This document shows, in pieces, positions 30,940-42,508 of a stretch of DNA of 64,000 nucleotides. The stretch spans positions 15,696-79,695 of the forward strand of contig JBBITT010000010.1 of assembly GCA_037440625.1 (NCBI GenBank). Direction: 5' to 3'. Every line of letters starts with the position of its first letter. The stretch's first letter is position 1. A program made the position numbers and the translations under genes. This stretch comes from Chloroflexota bacterium (GTDB lineage: Bacteria; Chloroflexota; Anaerolineae; UBA4142). The notes under the pieces are model-generated. The model made no database searches and was not told the origin of the DNA. It saw nothing but the letters and a program-made list of their open reading frames with translations.

Positions 30940-32844
30940 TCAATCGTGGTTGGACTTGCTTTGACTCTGTTCTTCCATCGTCGCCAACGTTTTCGCCACT
31001 TCTTGAATCGCGATGCGTTGTTTGCGATACAGGTCGCTCTCGCTCATCGCAAGTTTCAACGCAATCTCGCGCACTTTCATCCCTTGCATCACCTTGAGTT
31101 CCAGAATGTTGTACAACAACCATTCGGGCGCGGTAAGTGATCGCTCGCCTTCCGGCTTGAGCGATTCGATGGCGCGCACGATGAGTCCACGCAACGCGCG
31201 CGCCGGATTGCCATCGTACTCATCCAGCGATTCTTGCACAATGTTCAATTGCAGCAAAGGATTCTCGGTGAGTTTGGGCCCACCCCAATAGTGGTCAATC
31301 GCATCTTTGACGGCACGATGAAAGTTGGCGGAACTGATCAACTCTTCTTCCGCTGGTTCAGTGGCAATGGCGCCAGCGTAACGCGGCTTGCCGCGTGCGC
31401 GTTGCAATAATTCAATCTCGCTGCCCAGTTGTTCAAACGCGGCAAAGACGCTTTGCTGAAGTTGGCGATCCTCTAACGCAAGTTCGGCTTGGGAGATGAG
31501 CGCGGCAATCATTTTTTGTTCGCGGAGAGACAGATCGGGCTCGGAGGTGCGCGCCGCCACCCCAAGCACCCCGATGATGCCATCGCCGGTTTTGGCATGT
31601 AGTCGCCAGAGCCAGAAATCGCCGCTGGCGATAAAGCCGTGTCCGTTCGGCGTTTCGTTTTGAATGATCTGGAGCAAATTGGACGAGGCGAGAAATTTGC
31701 GGACGCTTTCACGTGACCCCACCACCGATTCGATTTTCCATTCGCCGTGATCCGGCGCAACTACAAAGCCAGTTTGTACTTGGAGCAAATCGCATGTGGT
31801 GGACAAGATATTTTCCAGCAATTGGCGCAAATCGCTGGTCGTCAGCAAGCGGCGGTCAATCTCTTGAATGCGTTCAAGGTCTTCGCGGTCACCCCAGAAA
31901 ATCAACCGATCAATCCACGGCTTGGCGAGGTTAATGACTAGTTCCAGCGTAACAATCGCACCGATGACAGTCGCAAACAAGATCGTTTCGCGCGTGAGAC
32001 CCAGCCAGCGTTCCACGGTCGGTACCGATAGCATCAAGCCAACGACAGCTGTAGCCACGAGAGGACCGCGCAACAAATAGTGAATCAGGTTATGCTTGAT
32101 GATGCGGTCGGGCGCAAGTGCGCCTTGATACGCCACGGTGTACGCCATCACGATAATCATCGCGCCCACACCGACCTTGGCACCCAGATTGACGAGCAAC
32201 AGCAAGGGCAATGAGAACTCGGCGGGAAAACTGGCGATGATGAGATAAGGGAACACGCCCAGCGCCGGTGCAACGAACGCAGCAGCGAGATATGTCATTC
32301 GTCGGCGCGTGGTGGAGGTGAGACAGCGGGCGCGGGCTTTGCGAATGTTGTAAAACCCCCAGCCGGTCAGGGCGAAAAAGAAAATGCCGAATAACGGAAA
32401 GAGTGGGCCGGCTTGGAATTGGGCGGCTTGCGGAAAGAAAAAGCCATCGCGTACCACCAAGTTGGTCAAGGCGACCAACAACAGAAACACGCTACTGGTG
32501 AGGTACGAGAGAGCAACCGCCACGCGCCGCCGGCGCGAGTAGGCGTTGGTGGAACGCAAGAGTGCATCGGAAAAGTGCAAATAGGTTGCCGGGATAAAGG
32601 CAATGCCGAGCCATTTGAATTTGAGCCAAATGACCGCATCGGCAAAGGTCTCAACGCGTTGCAGGAATACATCGCCGATGTAAATGATTGTGAGAAAGGC
32701 AAGCAAGCCAGAAAACGAACGCGCGACGGAATTGCGAAAGTTGTTCGCAAAGAGATAGAGAAAGAGCGATAAAGCGACGATGATAATCGCCGAGGAAAAG
32801 ATCATGTTCCCCAGCGCGAGAAACGAAATTACCACGTTATACAT
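30940..32844 (-). CDS. HisKA_7TM-like membrane sensor fused to a GAF-like region and C-terminal HTH (no kinase domain)
   Basis: WLGIAFIPATYLHFS 7TM pattern; C-terminal KVREIALKLAMSESDLYRKQR; no H-box or ATP lid. Confidence 0.75.
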   Translation of the reverse strand: MYNVVISFLALGNMIFSSAIIIVALSLFLYLFANNFRNSVARSFSGLLAFLTIIYIGDVFLQRVETFADAVIWLKFKWLGIAFIPATYLHFSDALLRSTNAYSRRRRVAVALSYLTSSVFLLLVALTNLVVRDGFFFPQAAQFQAGPLFPLFGIFFFALTGWGFYNIRKARARCLTSTTRRRMTYLAAAFVAPALGVFPYLIIASFPAEFSLPLLLLVNLGAKVGVGAMIIVMAYTVAYQGALAPDRIIKHNLIHYLLRGPLVATAVVGLMLSVPTVERWLGLTRETILFATVIGAIVTLELVINLAKPWIDRLIFWGDREDLERIQEIDRRLLTTSDLRQLLENILSTTCDLLQVQTGFVVAPDHGEWKIESVVGSRESVRKFLASSNLLQIIQNETPNGHGFIASGDFWLWRLHAKTGDGIIGVLGVAARTSEPDLSLREQKMIAALISQAELALEDRQLQQSVFAAFEQLGSEIELLQRARGKPRYAGAIATEPAEEELISSANFHRAVKDAIDHYWGGPKLTENPLLQLNIVQESLDEYDGNPARALRGLIVRAIESLKPEGERSLTAPEWLLYNILELKVMQGMKVREIALKLAMSESDLYRKQRIAIQEVAKTLATMEEQSQSKSNHD

Positions 32845-32859
32845 AGCCTTCTCATCGTG

Positions 32860-33645
32860 CTACACGTGTACGATCCACACCAGATAATAGTAGGCAAACA
32901 CGGCGGCAAAAAGCAAACTATCCATGCGATCCAAGAGCCCGCCATGGCCCGGCATCAATTGGCTCGAATCCTTGACGCCTGTTTGCCGCTTGAGCAATGA
33001 TTCGACGAGATCGCCCAGCGTGGCGGCAATGCCAATCCCCAAACCAAAGCCAAGCCGGTGAATGATGGGCATATCCACCCAGAGACCCAGCACCAACGTT
33101 ACGACGATGGCAGACAGGACGCCGCCAATTGCACCTTCCCACGTTTTCTTGGGACTGATGCTGGTAAAGAAGCCATGCTTCCCCAGTCGCGTGCCAGCCA
33201 GGTATGCACCAGAATCCGTTGCCCAGGTAGCCAACATTGCCAGAGCCGTTAAAAGCAACCCGTTGGGTAAGGCACGCACCAGCAGAAAGTATGATCCAAG
33301 GATGCCAATGTACAGAATGCCGGCTTGGGTCAACGCCCAACTTGCCATCCAATTCTGATGATGGAAAAAGATGCCGATGACGAGCGAGATAACTGTGGCG
33401 CCAATGATAATATCGCGCAGCCAGTTGGTCTGCCCGTACGTATCGAGCAGAAGGAGGGCGATGACGCCCAAGCCCAAACCCGTCATGGGACGATGACCGG
33501 CGTGGCGGGTCATCGTGTAAAATTCCCAGCCTCCGATGAGCAAGGCAAGCATAACCATCGCCAAAAAAAGGAGTCCGCCAACGTACACGGACCCGAGGAT
33601 GAAAGGTAATAGGATGAGTGCGCTAATGACGCGGGTTCTCAGCAC
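32860..33645 (-). CDS. cdsA: Phosphatidate cytidylyltransferase
   Basis: DSGAY, SPKKTWEG and GDLVESLLKR..GVKDSS..PGHGGLLDRMD. Confidence 0.95.
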   Translation of the reverse strand: MLRTRVISALILLPFILGSVYVGGLLFLAMVMLALLIGGWEFYTMTRHAGHRPMTGLGLGVIALLLLDTYGQTNWLRDIIIGATVISLVIGIFFHHQNWMASWALTQAGILYIGILGSYFLLVRALPNGLLLTALAMLATWATDSGAYLAGTRLGKHGFFTSISPKKTWEGAIGGVLSAIVVTLVLGLWVDMPIIHRLGFGLGIGIAATLGDLVESLLKRQTGVKDSSQLMPGHGGLLDRMDSLLFAAVFAYYYLVWIVHV

Positions 33646-33657
33646 GATGGGGTCTCG

Positions 33658-34377
33658 TTAGACGTTTTCCAGTTTCCCAAACCGACGTTGCCGTTGACTA
33701 AAGGCGACCAGCGCTTTGTACAACTCGGCTTTGTCAAAATCGGGCCAATAGGTGGGCGTGCTATAGTACTCGGCGTAGGCGGCTTGCCAGATAAGAAAAT
33801 TGGACAAGCGCATTTCGCCGGCCGTGCGAATGATGAGGTCGGGGTCTGGCAAGCCGGCGGTGTAGAGATAACGCTCAAAGAATTTTTCATCAATTTGATC
33901 GGGCGTTACGCCGTCTTGAATCATTCGTTTGATCGCGTTCAAAATTTCGGCGCGCCCGCCATAGTTGAACGCAACGTTGAGCGTGATGCGATCATTATGC
34001 TTGGTCAATTCAATCGCACTTTGAATCGCTTGTTTCATTTGCTCGCTCACACCTTCCAGCGAGCCAATGTGGCGCAATCGCACACCATTCTTGTGCAGTT
34101 CCGGGGTTTCGCGGGTGATCGTGTCTTCCAGAATTTTCATCAAGCCACGCACTTCGTCTTCGGGGCGTCCCCAGTTTTCGGTGGAAAAGGCATAGACGGT
34201 GAGCATCTGGATGCCAAATTCCACGGCGGCGGTCAAGACCGGCCGCATATTTTCCGTGCCGGCGCGATGCCCTTCGGTGCGTGGGAGACCGCGTTGTTTT
34301 GCCCAGCGGCCATTCCCATCCATAATGATGGCAACGTGCACTGGGATTTTCGTCAATACACTTTTGTCAAATTCCAT
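33658..34377 (-). CDS. uppS: Undecaprenyl diphosphate synthase (cis-prenyltransferase)
   Basis: [19 protein letters not shown] and [15 protein letters not shown]. Confidence 0.96.
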   Translation of the reverse strand: MEFDKSVLTKIPVHVAIIMDGNGRWAKQRGLPRTEGHRAGTENMRPVLTAAVEFGIQMLTVYAFSTENWGRPEDEVRGLMKILEDTITRETPELHKNGVRLRHIGSLEGVSEQMKQAIQSAIELTKHNDRITLNVAFNYGGRAEILNAIKRMIQDGVTPDQIDEKFFERYLYTAGLPDPDLIIRTAGEMRLSNFLIWQAAYAEYYSTPTYWPDFDKAELYKALVAFSQRQRRFGKLENV

Positions 34378-34459
34378 AAATCGTTTGATAGTTTGTTCGT
34401 TAGATCGTTGGATCGTTGTTGTTCGATTCTATGCCAGCAACGATCCAACGATGAAACGA

Positions 34460-35017
34460 TCAAACTTCCATAATTTCCGCTTCTTTCGCTTTGGCGATCT
34501 GATCGGCTTGGGCGATGTACTTGTCGGTCAATTCCTGCAACACATCCTTGCCTTTGAAATGCTGATCTTCGGAGATCATTTTTTCTTTTTCCATCTCTTC
34601 GAGGTCTTTGAGCGCGTCGCGGCGAACATTCCGGATGGCGACGTGCGTCTCTTCTAAATGTTTTCGCACGACCTTGGTTAGTTCGCGGCGGCGTTCTTCA
34701 GTCAAGGGCGGAAGTGGCAACCGAATGACCTTGCCATCGTTCATCGGGGTGAGACCCAGGTCAGATTTCAAAATGGCTTTTTCGATCGCAGAGAGCGTGG
34801 ATTGATCGAATGGTTTAATCAAGAGCAGGCGCGCTTCTGGCACCGAAACGGCGGCAAGTTGTTGCAATGGTGTGGGGGTGCCATAATAATCAATCTTGAG
34901 GGGTTCGATCAGGGCTGGCGAGGCGCGCCCTGTGCGAATCGTTTGGAGTTCGCGCTTGAACGCCTCGAGGGTTTTCTTCATTTTAGATTCGGCGTCGGCT
35001 TTGACTTCGTCAATCAT
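34460..35017 (-). CDS. frr: Ribosome recycling factor
   Basis: [22 protein letters not shown] and IRNVRR. Confidence 0.97.
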   Translation of the reverse strand: MIDEVKADAESKMKKTLEAFKRELQTIRTGRASPALIEPLKIDYYGTPTPLQQLAAVSVPEARLLLIKPFDQSTLSAIEKAILKSDLGLTPMNDGKVIRLPLPPLTEERRRELTKVVRKHLEETHVAIRNVRRDALKDLEEMEKEKMISEDQHFKGKDVLQELTDKYIAQADQIAKAKEAEIMEV

Positions 35018-35028
35018 AGACCCTCCGA

Positions 35029-35827
<799 letters not shown>

Positions 35828-35837
35828 GACATTTGAA

Positions 35838-36434
35838 TTACGCTCCCAGTTCGTACCGCACAAAGCGTTTGACAACAATATTTTCACCGACTTTGGCGAT
35901 GGTGGCTTGGATGAGGTCCTGGACAGTTTGTTGCTCGTCCCGAATAAAAGTCTGGCGTAAGAGGCATGCTTCTTTATAATATGCCTCTAGTTTGCCATTG
36001 ACAATTTTTTCGACGATGTGAGCGGGCTTGCCTTCGGCGAGAGCGGCTTCGGTGAATATTTTTTTCTTCTCTTCGATCACAGTGGTTGGAATGTCTTCGA
36101 CCGAAACATACTCTGGCTTGGTCGCGGCGATTTGCAGCGCGATGTTGTGCACCAGTTCGTGAAATTCATTGAGCGCGGCGACAAAATCGGTTTCGCAGTT
36201 GACCTCGACCATGACACCGAGTTTGCCTCCGCCGTGCACGTACGTTTCGATCAAGCCTTGCTTGGCAACGCGTTCGGCTTTCTTCTCGGCGGTCTTGAGG
36301 CCCTTTTCCTTGAGGATCGCCAGGGCTTTATCGAAATCACCGTGATGTTCTTCCAGCGTGCGCTTGGCATCTAACACACCCGCGCCGGTGAGTTCACGCA
36401 GTTTCTTGATTTGTTCGGCGTTGATTGCGGTCAT
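35838..36434 (-). CDS. tsf: Elongation factor Ts (short form)
   Basis: [18 protein letters not shown] and RFVRYELG. Confidence 0.97.
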   Translation of the reverse strand: MTAINAEQIKKLRELTGAGVLDAKRTLEEHHGDFDKALAILKEKGLKTAEKKAERVAKQGLIETYVHGGGKLGVMVEVNCETDFVAALNEFHELVHNIALQIAATKPEYVSVEDIPTTVIEEKKKIFTEAALAEGKPAHIVEKIVNGKLEAYYKEACLLRQTFIRDEQQTVQDLIQATIAKVGENIVVKRFVRYELGA

Positions 36435-37270
36435 AGTTCGGGTGCCTCGGCTTCGTCAGTTTCTTCGGTTTCTTCCATCGGCTCAAATTCTTCTTCGCTG
36501 ACCTCCAACGCCGGCAAATCCATTGTCTCCTCGAGCGCGGTGACCGGCGCGGCGCCTTCTTCAACCGCTTCGGCGGTCAGCACGCCGCGAATGTTCTTGC
36601 CTTCGATCACGGCATCGGCGATTTTGCCGCAGAGCAACTTGATCGCGCGAATCGCGTCATCGTTCGATGGAATGGGATAGGCGATTGGTTCGGGATCGGA
36701 ATTGGTGTCGCACATGGCGATGATGGGAATCTGCAACGTTGTCGCTTCAGCGATGGCGAGTTCTTCGTGTTTGGTGTCCACGATGAACAAGGCTTTGGGC
36801 AAGCGACGCATTTCTTTCAAGCCGCCCAAGCGCTGTTGTAGTTTTGCCAACTCGCGTGTGAGCATCAGGGCTTCTTTCTTGGGCAGTTTGTCCAGTTCGC
36901 CAGTGCGCTGACGCTCTTCTAACTTGAGCATATAGTCAATGCGTGCGCGAATCGTGCGAAAGTTGGTGAGTGTGCCACCCAGCCATCGTTGCGTCACGTA
37001 GGGCATCCCACCGCGCAACGCTTCGGCTTGCACCGTTTCTTGTGCTTGGCGCTTGGTGCCAACGAACAAAATCTGACCACCTTGCGCCACGGTATCGCGC
37101 GCAAAGTTGTACGCTTCCTCCAACTTGCTGAGCGTTTGCTGGAGGTCAATGATGTGAATGCCGTTGCGCTCGGTGAAGATAAAGGGCTTCATCCGGGGAT
37201 TCCACCGGCGGGTGCGATGTCCAAAGTGGACGCCGGCTTCGAGCAACGACTTCATCGGTAAAACAGCCAC
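36431..37270 (-). CDS. rpsB: 30S ribosomal protein S2
   Basis: [24 protein letters not shown] and [10 protein letters not shown]; GTG start. Confidence 0.98.
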   Translation of the reverse strand: MAVLPMKSLLEAGVHFGHRTRRWNPRMKPFIFTERNGIHIIDLQQTLSKLEEAYNFARDTVAQGGQILFVGTKRQAQETVQAEALRGGMPYVTQRWLGGTLTNFRTIRARIDYMLKLEERQRTGELDKLPKKEALMLTRELAKLQQRLGGLKEMRRLPKALFIVDTKHEELAIAEATTLQIPIIAMCDTNSDPEPIAYPIPSNDDAIRAIKLLCGKIADAVIEGKNIRGVLTAEAVEEGAAPVTALEETMDLPALEVSEEEFEPMEETEETDEAEAPEL

Positions 37271-37447
37271 GGGCTAACTCCTTGTGTGTTTTTGTCCATC
37301 GTTTTGGATTTGTCTTGCGACAACGATGGCGACCACTCCCTCACAACGCCCGCTGTCAAGGTTCGTTGACCGCGACACGCGTTGCGTGAAAACGGAGTGT
37401 GATTTTTTAGCGGCGAGCATTATATATCAGAGTCTAGGAAAGAGCAA
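37271..37447 (-). promoter_or_regulatory. rpsB promoter and structured 5' leader (probable S2 autoregulatory element)
   Basis: TTGCTC (37447-37442)-17 nt-TATAAT (37424-37419); nested stems CACTCC/GGAGTG, TCACGCAACGC/GCGTTGTGA and CCATCGTT/AACGATGG. Confidence 0.65.
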
Positions 37448-37555
37448 ATACGAAACAACACACAAACGCCGGCGTCCTCCCGCGAGCGTTTTCTCTTCCC
37501 ACCGTCCCCTATTCACCGAACACTGAATTGTCCCACTGCCTCCCGCCGCGGCCCA

Positions 37556-39040
37556 CTACAAACCCGGCTTCCGCGTGTGCCACTCCGTCGCTTGCTCGTA
37601 CGCATACGCCACACGCAACATCCGTTCCTCATCGAACGCGCGCGCGGCGATCTGCAAGCCGACCGGCAAACCGTCCGCGAACCCGCACGGAATCGAAATC
37701 GCCGGGATGCCGGCGAGTGCTTGCGAGAGTGTGAACACATCCGCAAGATACATTTGCAACGGATCGTCCACCTTTTCGCCGATCTTGAACGCGACGCTGG
37801 GTGAGGTGGGACCCACAATCACATCCACCCGTTCAAACGCTTGATCAAAATCCTGTTTGATGAGCGTGCGAACTTTTTGTGCTTTTAAATAGTAGGCGTC
37901 GTAGTAACCTGCGCTCAACGCGTACGTCCCCAGCATAATGCGTCGTTTGACTTCTGCGCCGAACCCCTCGCCGCGCGTCTCGCGCATCGCTTGCCACATT
38001 TCGTTGCTGCGCGTGGCGCGATAACCGTACTTGACGCCATCGTAGCGCGCTAGATTCGCGGATGCCTCTGCCGGCGCGATCAAGTAATAGGTGGGCAAGG
38101 CGTAATCGGTGTGGGGCAAGGTAATTTCGTGTGTGGTCGCGCCCAACGATTCCAAAACCCCGATGGCTTCGCGCACCGATTTTTCTACGCCCGCTTGCAA
38201 CCCTGCGCCGAAATATTCGCGCGGGATGCCCACCCGCAGACCTTGCAAGGGCAACGCTTGCCGTTGCTCGATCAGTGCCGCTACGTAATCTGGCACCGGC
38301 ACATTCACCGAGGTGGCTTCGCGTGGATCATAGCCGGCGATGATGCTCAAAATCAGTGCGGCGTCGCGGACATCTTTGGTCATCGGGCCCACCTGATCAA
38401 GCGAGGATGCGAACGCAATGACACCATAGCGCGAGACGCGCCCGTACGTGGGGCGCAAGCCAACGGTGTTAGTCAGCGATGCCGGCTGGCGCACACTGCC
38501 ACCGGTATCTGTTCCCAGCGCAAAGATCGTTTCATCTGCCGCGAGCGCCGCCGCGCTACCTCCCGATGAGCCGCCGGGGACGCGCGTCAAATCCCAGGGA
38601 TTGCGCGTTACAAAATAACGCGAGTTCTCCGTGGACGAACCCATCGCAAATTCATCTTGATTTGTTTTGCCGATGAGAATCGCGCCGGCGGCGTTCAACT
38701 TTTCCATCACCGTCGCATCGTAGGGCGGCACAAAGTTTTCCAGAATTTTCGAGCCGGCAGTGGTACGCACACCGCGCGTGCAAATCTCATCCTTGATTGC
38801 CATCGGAATGCCGAGTAGGGGTGGGGCGCCCCCGCCCGTACGCCGATGTGCTATCCAGCGTGCGTCTGCCTCGCGTGCTTGATCGAGCGCGTGATCCGCC
38901 ACAATCGTCAAGTATGCTTTGACGCGCGGCTCGATCTGTTCGATGCGAGCCAGCACCGCGTGCGTTAATTCGAGCGAACTGATTTCACCTTTTTCTAGAA
39001 GGGTGCGCGCTTGATGAACGGTCAAACGATGCAGTTCCAT
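37556..39040 (-). CDS. gatA: Asp/Glu-tRNA amidotransferase subunit A
   Basis: [31 protein letters not shown] and [11 protein letters not shown]. Confidence 0.96.
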   Translation of the reverse strand: MELHRLTVHQARTLLEKGEISSLELTHAVLARIEQIEPRVKAYLTIVADHALDQAREADARWIAHRRTGGGAPPLLGIPMAIKDEICTRGVRTTAGSKILENFVPPYDATVMEKLNAAGAILIGKTNQDEFAMGSSTENSRYFVTRNPWDLTRVPGGSSGGSAAALAADETIFALGTDTGGSVRQPASLTNTVGLRPTYGRVSRYGVIAFASSLDQVGPMTKDVRDAALILSIIAGYDPREATSVNVPVPDYVAALIEQRQALPLQGLRVGIPREYFGAGLQAGVEKSVREAIGVLESLGATTHEITLPHTDYALPTYYLIAPAEASANLARYDGVKYGYRATRSNEMWQAMRETRGEGFGAEVKRRIMLGTYALSAGYYDAYYLKAQKVRTLIKQDFDQAFERVDVIVGPTSPSVAFKIGEKVDDPLQMYLADVFTLSQALAGIPAISIPCGFADGLPVGLQIAARAFDEERMLRVAYAYEQATEWHTRKPGL

Positions 39041-39041
39041 C

Positions 39042-40160
39042 TTAGCGTCCTATCAACTCACGATAGAGTTCGACCACGCGATCAATGTTGGTTTCCAACG
39101 AATAGTCGTTGACGGCGCGTTGACGCGCACGCACGGCCAGGTCGCGCCGAAAATCCGGAAAATCGAACAAGGTGCGCAACGCGAGCGATAACTGCGCTTC
39201 CAGATCGCTGAGATCCACCACGATGCCGGCGCGATGCAATGCCTCGGCATCTGCCCCGACATCGGTAGCGATCACGGCTGTCCCGGTTGCCATGGCTTCC
39301 AGCATCGCCAACGATAATCCTTCAATCGAAGAGGGCAGGACGAAAACATCCGCCGCACGCAAGATGCGGATGCGTTCGCGCATATCGCCCACATAGCCAG
39401 TAAAAATAATTCGATCATCATCGCGATACTTGCGACGCAAACGCGCTAACTCCATCCCGTTGCCCACGACGACGGCTTTGTGGTCGCGTGGCGCATCGAG
39501 GTTGTGAAACGCTTTCAAAAAGTCGTCCACGTTTTTTTCCGGATCGAGCCGCCCCACATACGCGGCAAGGACGGATGCGCCAATTTGTTCTTTGTAATCG
39601 CTGGGACCCGGCGAATACTTGGTTACATCAATCCCATTGGGAATCACGCGCACGCGTTCCGGCGCGACGCCGTAATCAATCAACAGCCTGCCTTGATTTT
39701 CGGAAAAGACGATCACGGCATCGTAATTTTTCAGTGAACCCGAGTAGGCGCGATACAACCAGCGCACCGCGCCGCCCCAAAAAGTTTTGGGGGGTCCGTA
39801 CGGAAAGTGGAGCGTCGCAACGGCGGGAATCCCTAGGTCGTGACAAATATCGGGCAGACTAAAATCAATTTGCGAGAACGAAAGCGAAATGTGCGCAATG
39901 TCAATTCGTTCACGCACAATCGTTTCTTCAATGATCTGGCGCGCGTTCGGCGATGAGAGCATCGCGCGATTGAGAATATCGAATGAGCCGATGCGCACGC
40001 CATTGGGGTCACGTTCGACGCCGCGACGTTCCCGGCTGATGTGATAGAAAAATTTGACTTCTTGACCGCGCTGGCGCAAGCCGGCAATCATTTCACGCGA
40101 ATAAGTAACGATGCCATTGCCGCGCGGCGAGGCAATGTGGCCTAACCAAGCAATTTTCAT
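39042..40160 (-). CDS. Glycosyltransferase family 4
   Basis: VIPNGID, GRLDPEK and E-x7-E (EGLSLAMLE). Confidence 0.92.
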   Translation of the reverse strand: MKIAWLGHIASPRGNGIVTYSREMIAGLRQRGQEVKFFYHISRERRGVERDPNGVRIGSFDILNRAMLSSPNARQIIEETIVRERIDIAHISLSFSQIDFSLPDICHDLGIPAVATLHFPYGPPKTFWGGAVRWLYRAYSGSLKNYDAVIVFSENQGRLLIDYGVAPERVRVIPNGIDVTKYSPGPSDYKEQIGASVLAAYVGRLDPEKNVDDFLKAFHNLDAPRDHKAVVVGNGMELARLRRKYRDDDRIIFTGYVGDMRERIRILRAADVFVLPSSIEGLSLAMLEAMATGTAVIATDVGADAEALHRAGIVVDLSDLEAQLSLALRTLFDFPDFRRDLAVRARQRAVNDYSLETNIDRVVELYRELIGR

Positions 40161-40222
40161 ACTTTACATGGCGAAATGCGAATTGCGAGAATGCCGGTTC
40201 GCAATCCCTCCTTCGCAATTCG

Positions 40223-40519
40223 CTACTCCTTGAGAATGGCTTTGACGCGAAAGAATTCGCCGTGGGCGTCCTGGTCTGGTGCATTAGTGAGTGCGTCTTC
40301 GCGCGGCAGAGAGGTCCCCACTTGATCTTGGCGCATCACATTATGCAAGGGGACCACGCTGGCGGTGGGAGGAATGGCGTCGGTATTCAATTCTTGCAAG
40401 CGTGCCGCATAATCGAGAATCGCCGAAAGTTGCTGGGTCATTCGGTCAATCTCGTCCTCGGTGAGTTGTAATTTGGCCAGTTCGGCAATGTGTTGGACTT
40501 GGTGGCGGGTGAGTGCCAT
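40223..40519 (-). CDS. gatC: Asp/Glu-tRNA amidotransferase subunit C
   Basis: V.HIAELAKL, IL.Y...L.E and NAP....FFRV; AAGGAG RBS. Confidence 0.92.
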   Translation of the reverse strand: MALTRHQVQHIAELAKLQLTEDEIDRMTQQLSAILDYAARLQELNTDAIPPTASVVPLHNVMRQDQVGTSLPREDALTNAPDQDAHGEFFRVKAILKE

Positions 40520-40604
40520 ACTTGACTCCTTGCGCGTCATTATAGCACGGGGCTAGGGTTAGGACAAATGGCGGATAAGCTAGGGTAATGCTATAATTCC
40601 ATTG

Positions 40605-41054
40605 ATGAAATTCATTGCCGATACGATGCTGGGGCGCTTAGCCAAGTGGTTGCGTTTGTTGGGGTATGACACGCTTTATCTGCCGCACGCCGATGATCCG
40701 GCATTGGCGCGGCTTGCCCGGGCGCAGGATCGCATTCTGCTCACGCGCGATGTGGAGTTGACGCGGCGGCGTGGCATCAAGCATTTGCTCATCGAATCGG
40801 AAAAGGTGGAGGAGCAAGTAGCCCAAGTCCTGCGCGCGTTCAAATTATCGGCGCGGGAAGCCTTCTCGCGTTGCGCCGAGTGTAATCATCGCTTGGAGAG
40901 TGTCAGCAAGGAAGCGGTGCGTGGGCGGGTGCCGCCGTATGTGTTTAGTACGCAGGAACGGTTTCGGCGGTGCGCGCAATGTGGCCGGGTGTATTGGCGT
41001 GGGACGCACTGGGCACGGATAGTGGCGCAGATCGAAGATTTATCGAATGAATGA
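40605..41054 (+). CDS. Mut7-C (PIN-fold RNase) domain protein
   Basis: D.MLGRLAKWLRLLGYD, LTRD, RC..CN and C..C..VYW.G.H. Confidence 0.9.
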   Translation: MKFIADTMLGRLAKWLRLLGYDTLYLPHADDPALARLARAQDRILLTRDVELTRRRGIKHLLIESEKVEEQVAQVLRAFKLSAREAFSRCAECNHRLESVSKEAVRGRVPPYVFSTQERFRRCAQCGRVYWRGTHWARIVAQIEDLSNE

Positions 41055-41070
41055 CAAGTCTACGGGGCTA

Positions 41071-41099
41071 TTGCAAGTCCTCCTGACATTTGTTATAAT
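41071..41099 (+). promoter_or_regulatory. Sigma70-like promoter of the DUF4013 gene
   Basis: TTGCAA-17 nt-TATAAT with an extended -10 TG. Confidence 0.7.
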
Positions 41100-41137
41100 C
41101 GGGGCAGGTACGCGACACAAAATCCAAAGGAGGAATT

Positions 41138-41812
41138 ATGGACATCGGCAAGTCATTTACGTACGTGTTCGAGGATCCGAACTGGATCACGAAGTTGGTG
41201 ATCGGCGGTCTAGTCAGTCTTGTTCCGATCGTCAACTTTGCGGCGTTGGGTTATATGGTGACCACGCTCAAGAACGTCGCGGATGGGCAGCCGCAACCAT
41301 TGCCCGAATGGAGTAATTTTGGCGATTATTTCATGAAGGGCTTGTATGTCTTTGTTGGCGCATTGGTTTATGCGGCTCCGATCATCTTGATCTACTGTTG
41401 TATGTTTGTCTTGAGCATGGCCGCCGGGCTTGGTGCCAGTGGCAACAATGATGCCGGCGGCGCATTGGCGGGTCTTGTTGGTATCGTGACGATGTGTCTG
41501 TGGTGCTTGATGGCTTTGTTCATTTTGGTGGTTGCCGTCATGTTCCCGGCTGCGCTGACACGCTATGCCGTGACAAACCAACTCTCCGTCTTTTGGGATT
41601 TCCGCGGCAACTTTGATCTCATCAGCAAGAATCTGGCGAACTATATCATTGCCATTTTGATTGTGTGGGTTGCCGGGTTTGTCGCTGGCTTTGGCGTCAT
41701 TCTCTGCTTCATCGGCGTGATCTTTACATCCTTCTGGGCACAATTGGTCGGCGCGCATGTGTATGGTCAATTCTGGCGCGCGAGCCAAGGGATGGGGATG
41801 GCTCCGGCCTAA
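41138..41812 (+). CDS. DUF4013 family membrane protein
   Basis: F.Y.F.D..W..K..IGG, GY and LPEW..GL pattern; AGGAGG RBS. Confidence 0.8.
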   Translation: MDIGKSFTYVFEDPNWITKLVIGGLVSLVPIVNFAALGYMVTTLKNVADGQPQPLPEWSNFGDYFMKGLYVFVGALVYAAPIILIYCCMFVLSMAAGLGASGNNDAGGALAGLVGIVTMCLWCLMALFILVVAVMFPAALTRYAVTNQLSVFWDFRGNFDLISKNLANYIIAILIVWVAGFVAGFGVILCFIGVIFTSFWAQLVGAHVYGQFWRASQGMGMAPA

Positions 41813-41890
41813 AGGGGTTGGAACTCAAGGCGAGGACGATAATCAGTCGCCGTAGGGCAGCTTGGTGCCGCCAAGTCTGAAATGCACCCC

Positions 41891-41925
41891 ACGAGGACGC
41901 TCGTGTAGCGTCCTCGTTTTGTTTT
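41891..41925 (+). terminator. Intrinsic terminator
   Basis: ACGAGGACGCT-cgtgt-AGCGTCCTCGT followed by TTTGTTTT. Confidence 0.8.
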
Positions 41926-41953
41926 GTGGTATAATCATTTCCAAGGAGTTGAA

Positions 41954-42508
41954 ATGGTTTCCGCAATTTCGAGTATCCTCACCGCCTTTGGTCTTTCATC
42001 CGCCTCTGGGCTCAACGCGTACATCCCGCTTCTCACCGTCGCGCTCACTGCGCGCTTTACCGATTGGATCAAACTTGGTCCCCCGTTCGATATTTTGAAA
42101 AACGAGTTTGTCATCGGCGCGCTCGTCGTTCTCCTCGCCATCGAAATGATCGTCGATAAAATTCCCGCCGCCGATTCGCTCAACGACGTGATTCAAACAT
42201 TCGTCCGTCCGACTGCTGGCGCGATTTTGTTCGCGGCAAGTACGAGTGTCATCGATTTGCATCCGGTCGTCGCCGTGATCCTGGGACTGATTATGGCGTT
42301 CGGCGTGCACGCGGTCAAAGCAACCGCGCGCCCGGTTGTTACGGCAAGTACCGGCGGCATCGGCAACGCGTTTGTCAGCGTCGGCGAGGATGTCGTGGCG
42401 GTGGGTGTTTCGTTTGCCGCCATTGTGGTACCCTTGGTAATTGGATGTGTGCTTGCGGTCATTGGAATGTGGTTTGTGTTTTTGCGTCCGCGTCGAGCAA
42501 TCGTATAG
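41954..42508 (+). CDS. DUF4126 family membrane protein
   Basis: GLS.ASGLNAYIPL, E..VDKIP..DS..D...RP.AGA and S..ED. Confidence 0.85.
   Translation: MVSAISSILTAFGLSSASGLNAYIPLLTVALTARFTDWIKLGPPFDILKNEFVIGALVVLLAIEMIVDKIPAADSLNDVIQTFVRPTAGAILFAASTSVIDLHPVVAVILGLIMAFGVHAVKATARPVVTASTGGIGNAFVSVGEDVVAVGVSFAAIVVPLVIGCVLAVIGMWFVFLRPRRAIV

Noticed and set aside
30935-31123. Long overlap between the GT-C ORF and the 7TM-HTH gene
   Set aside because: ATG 30934 with a GAGG RBS removes the overlap.
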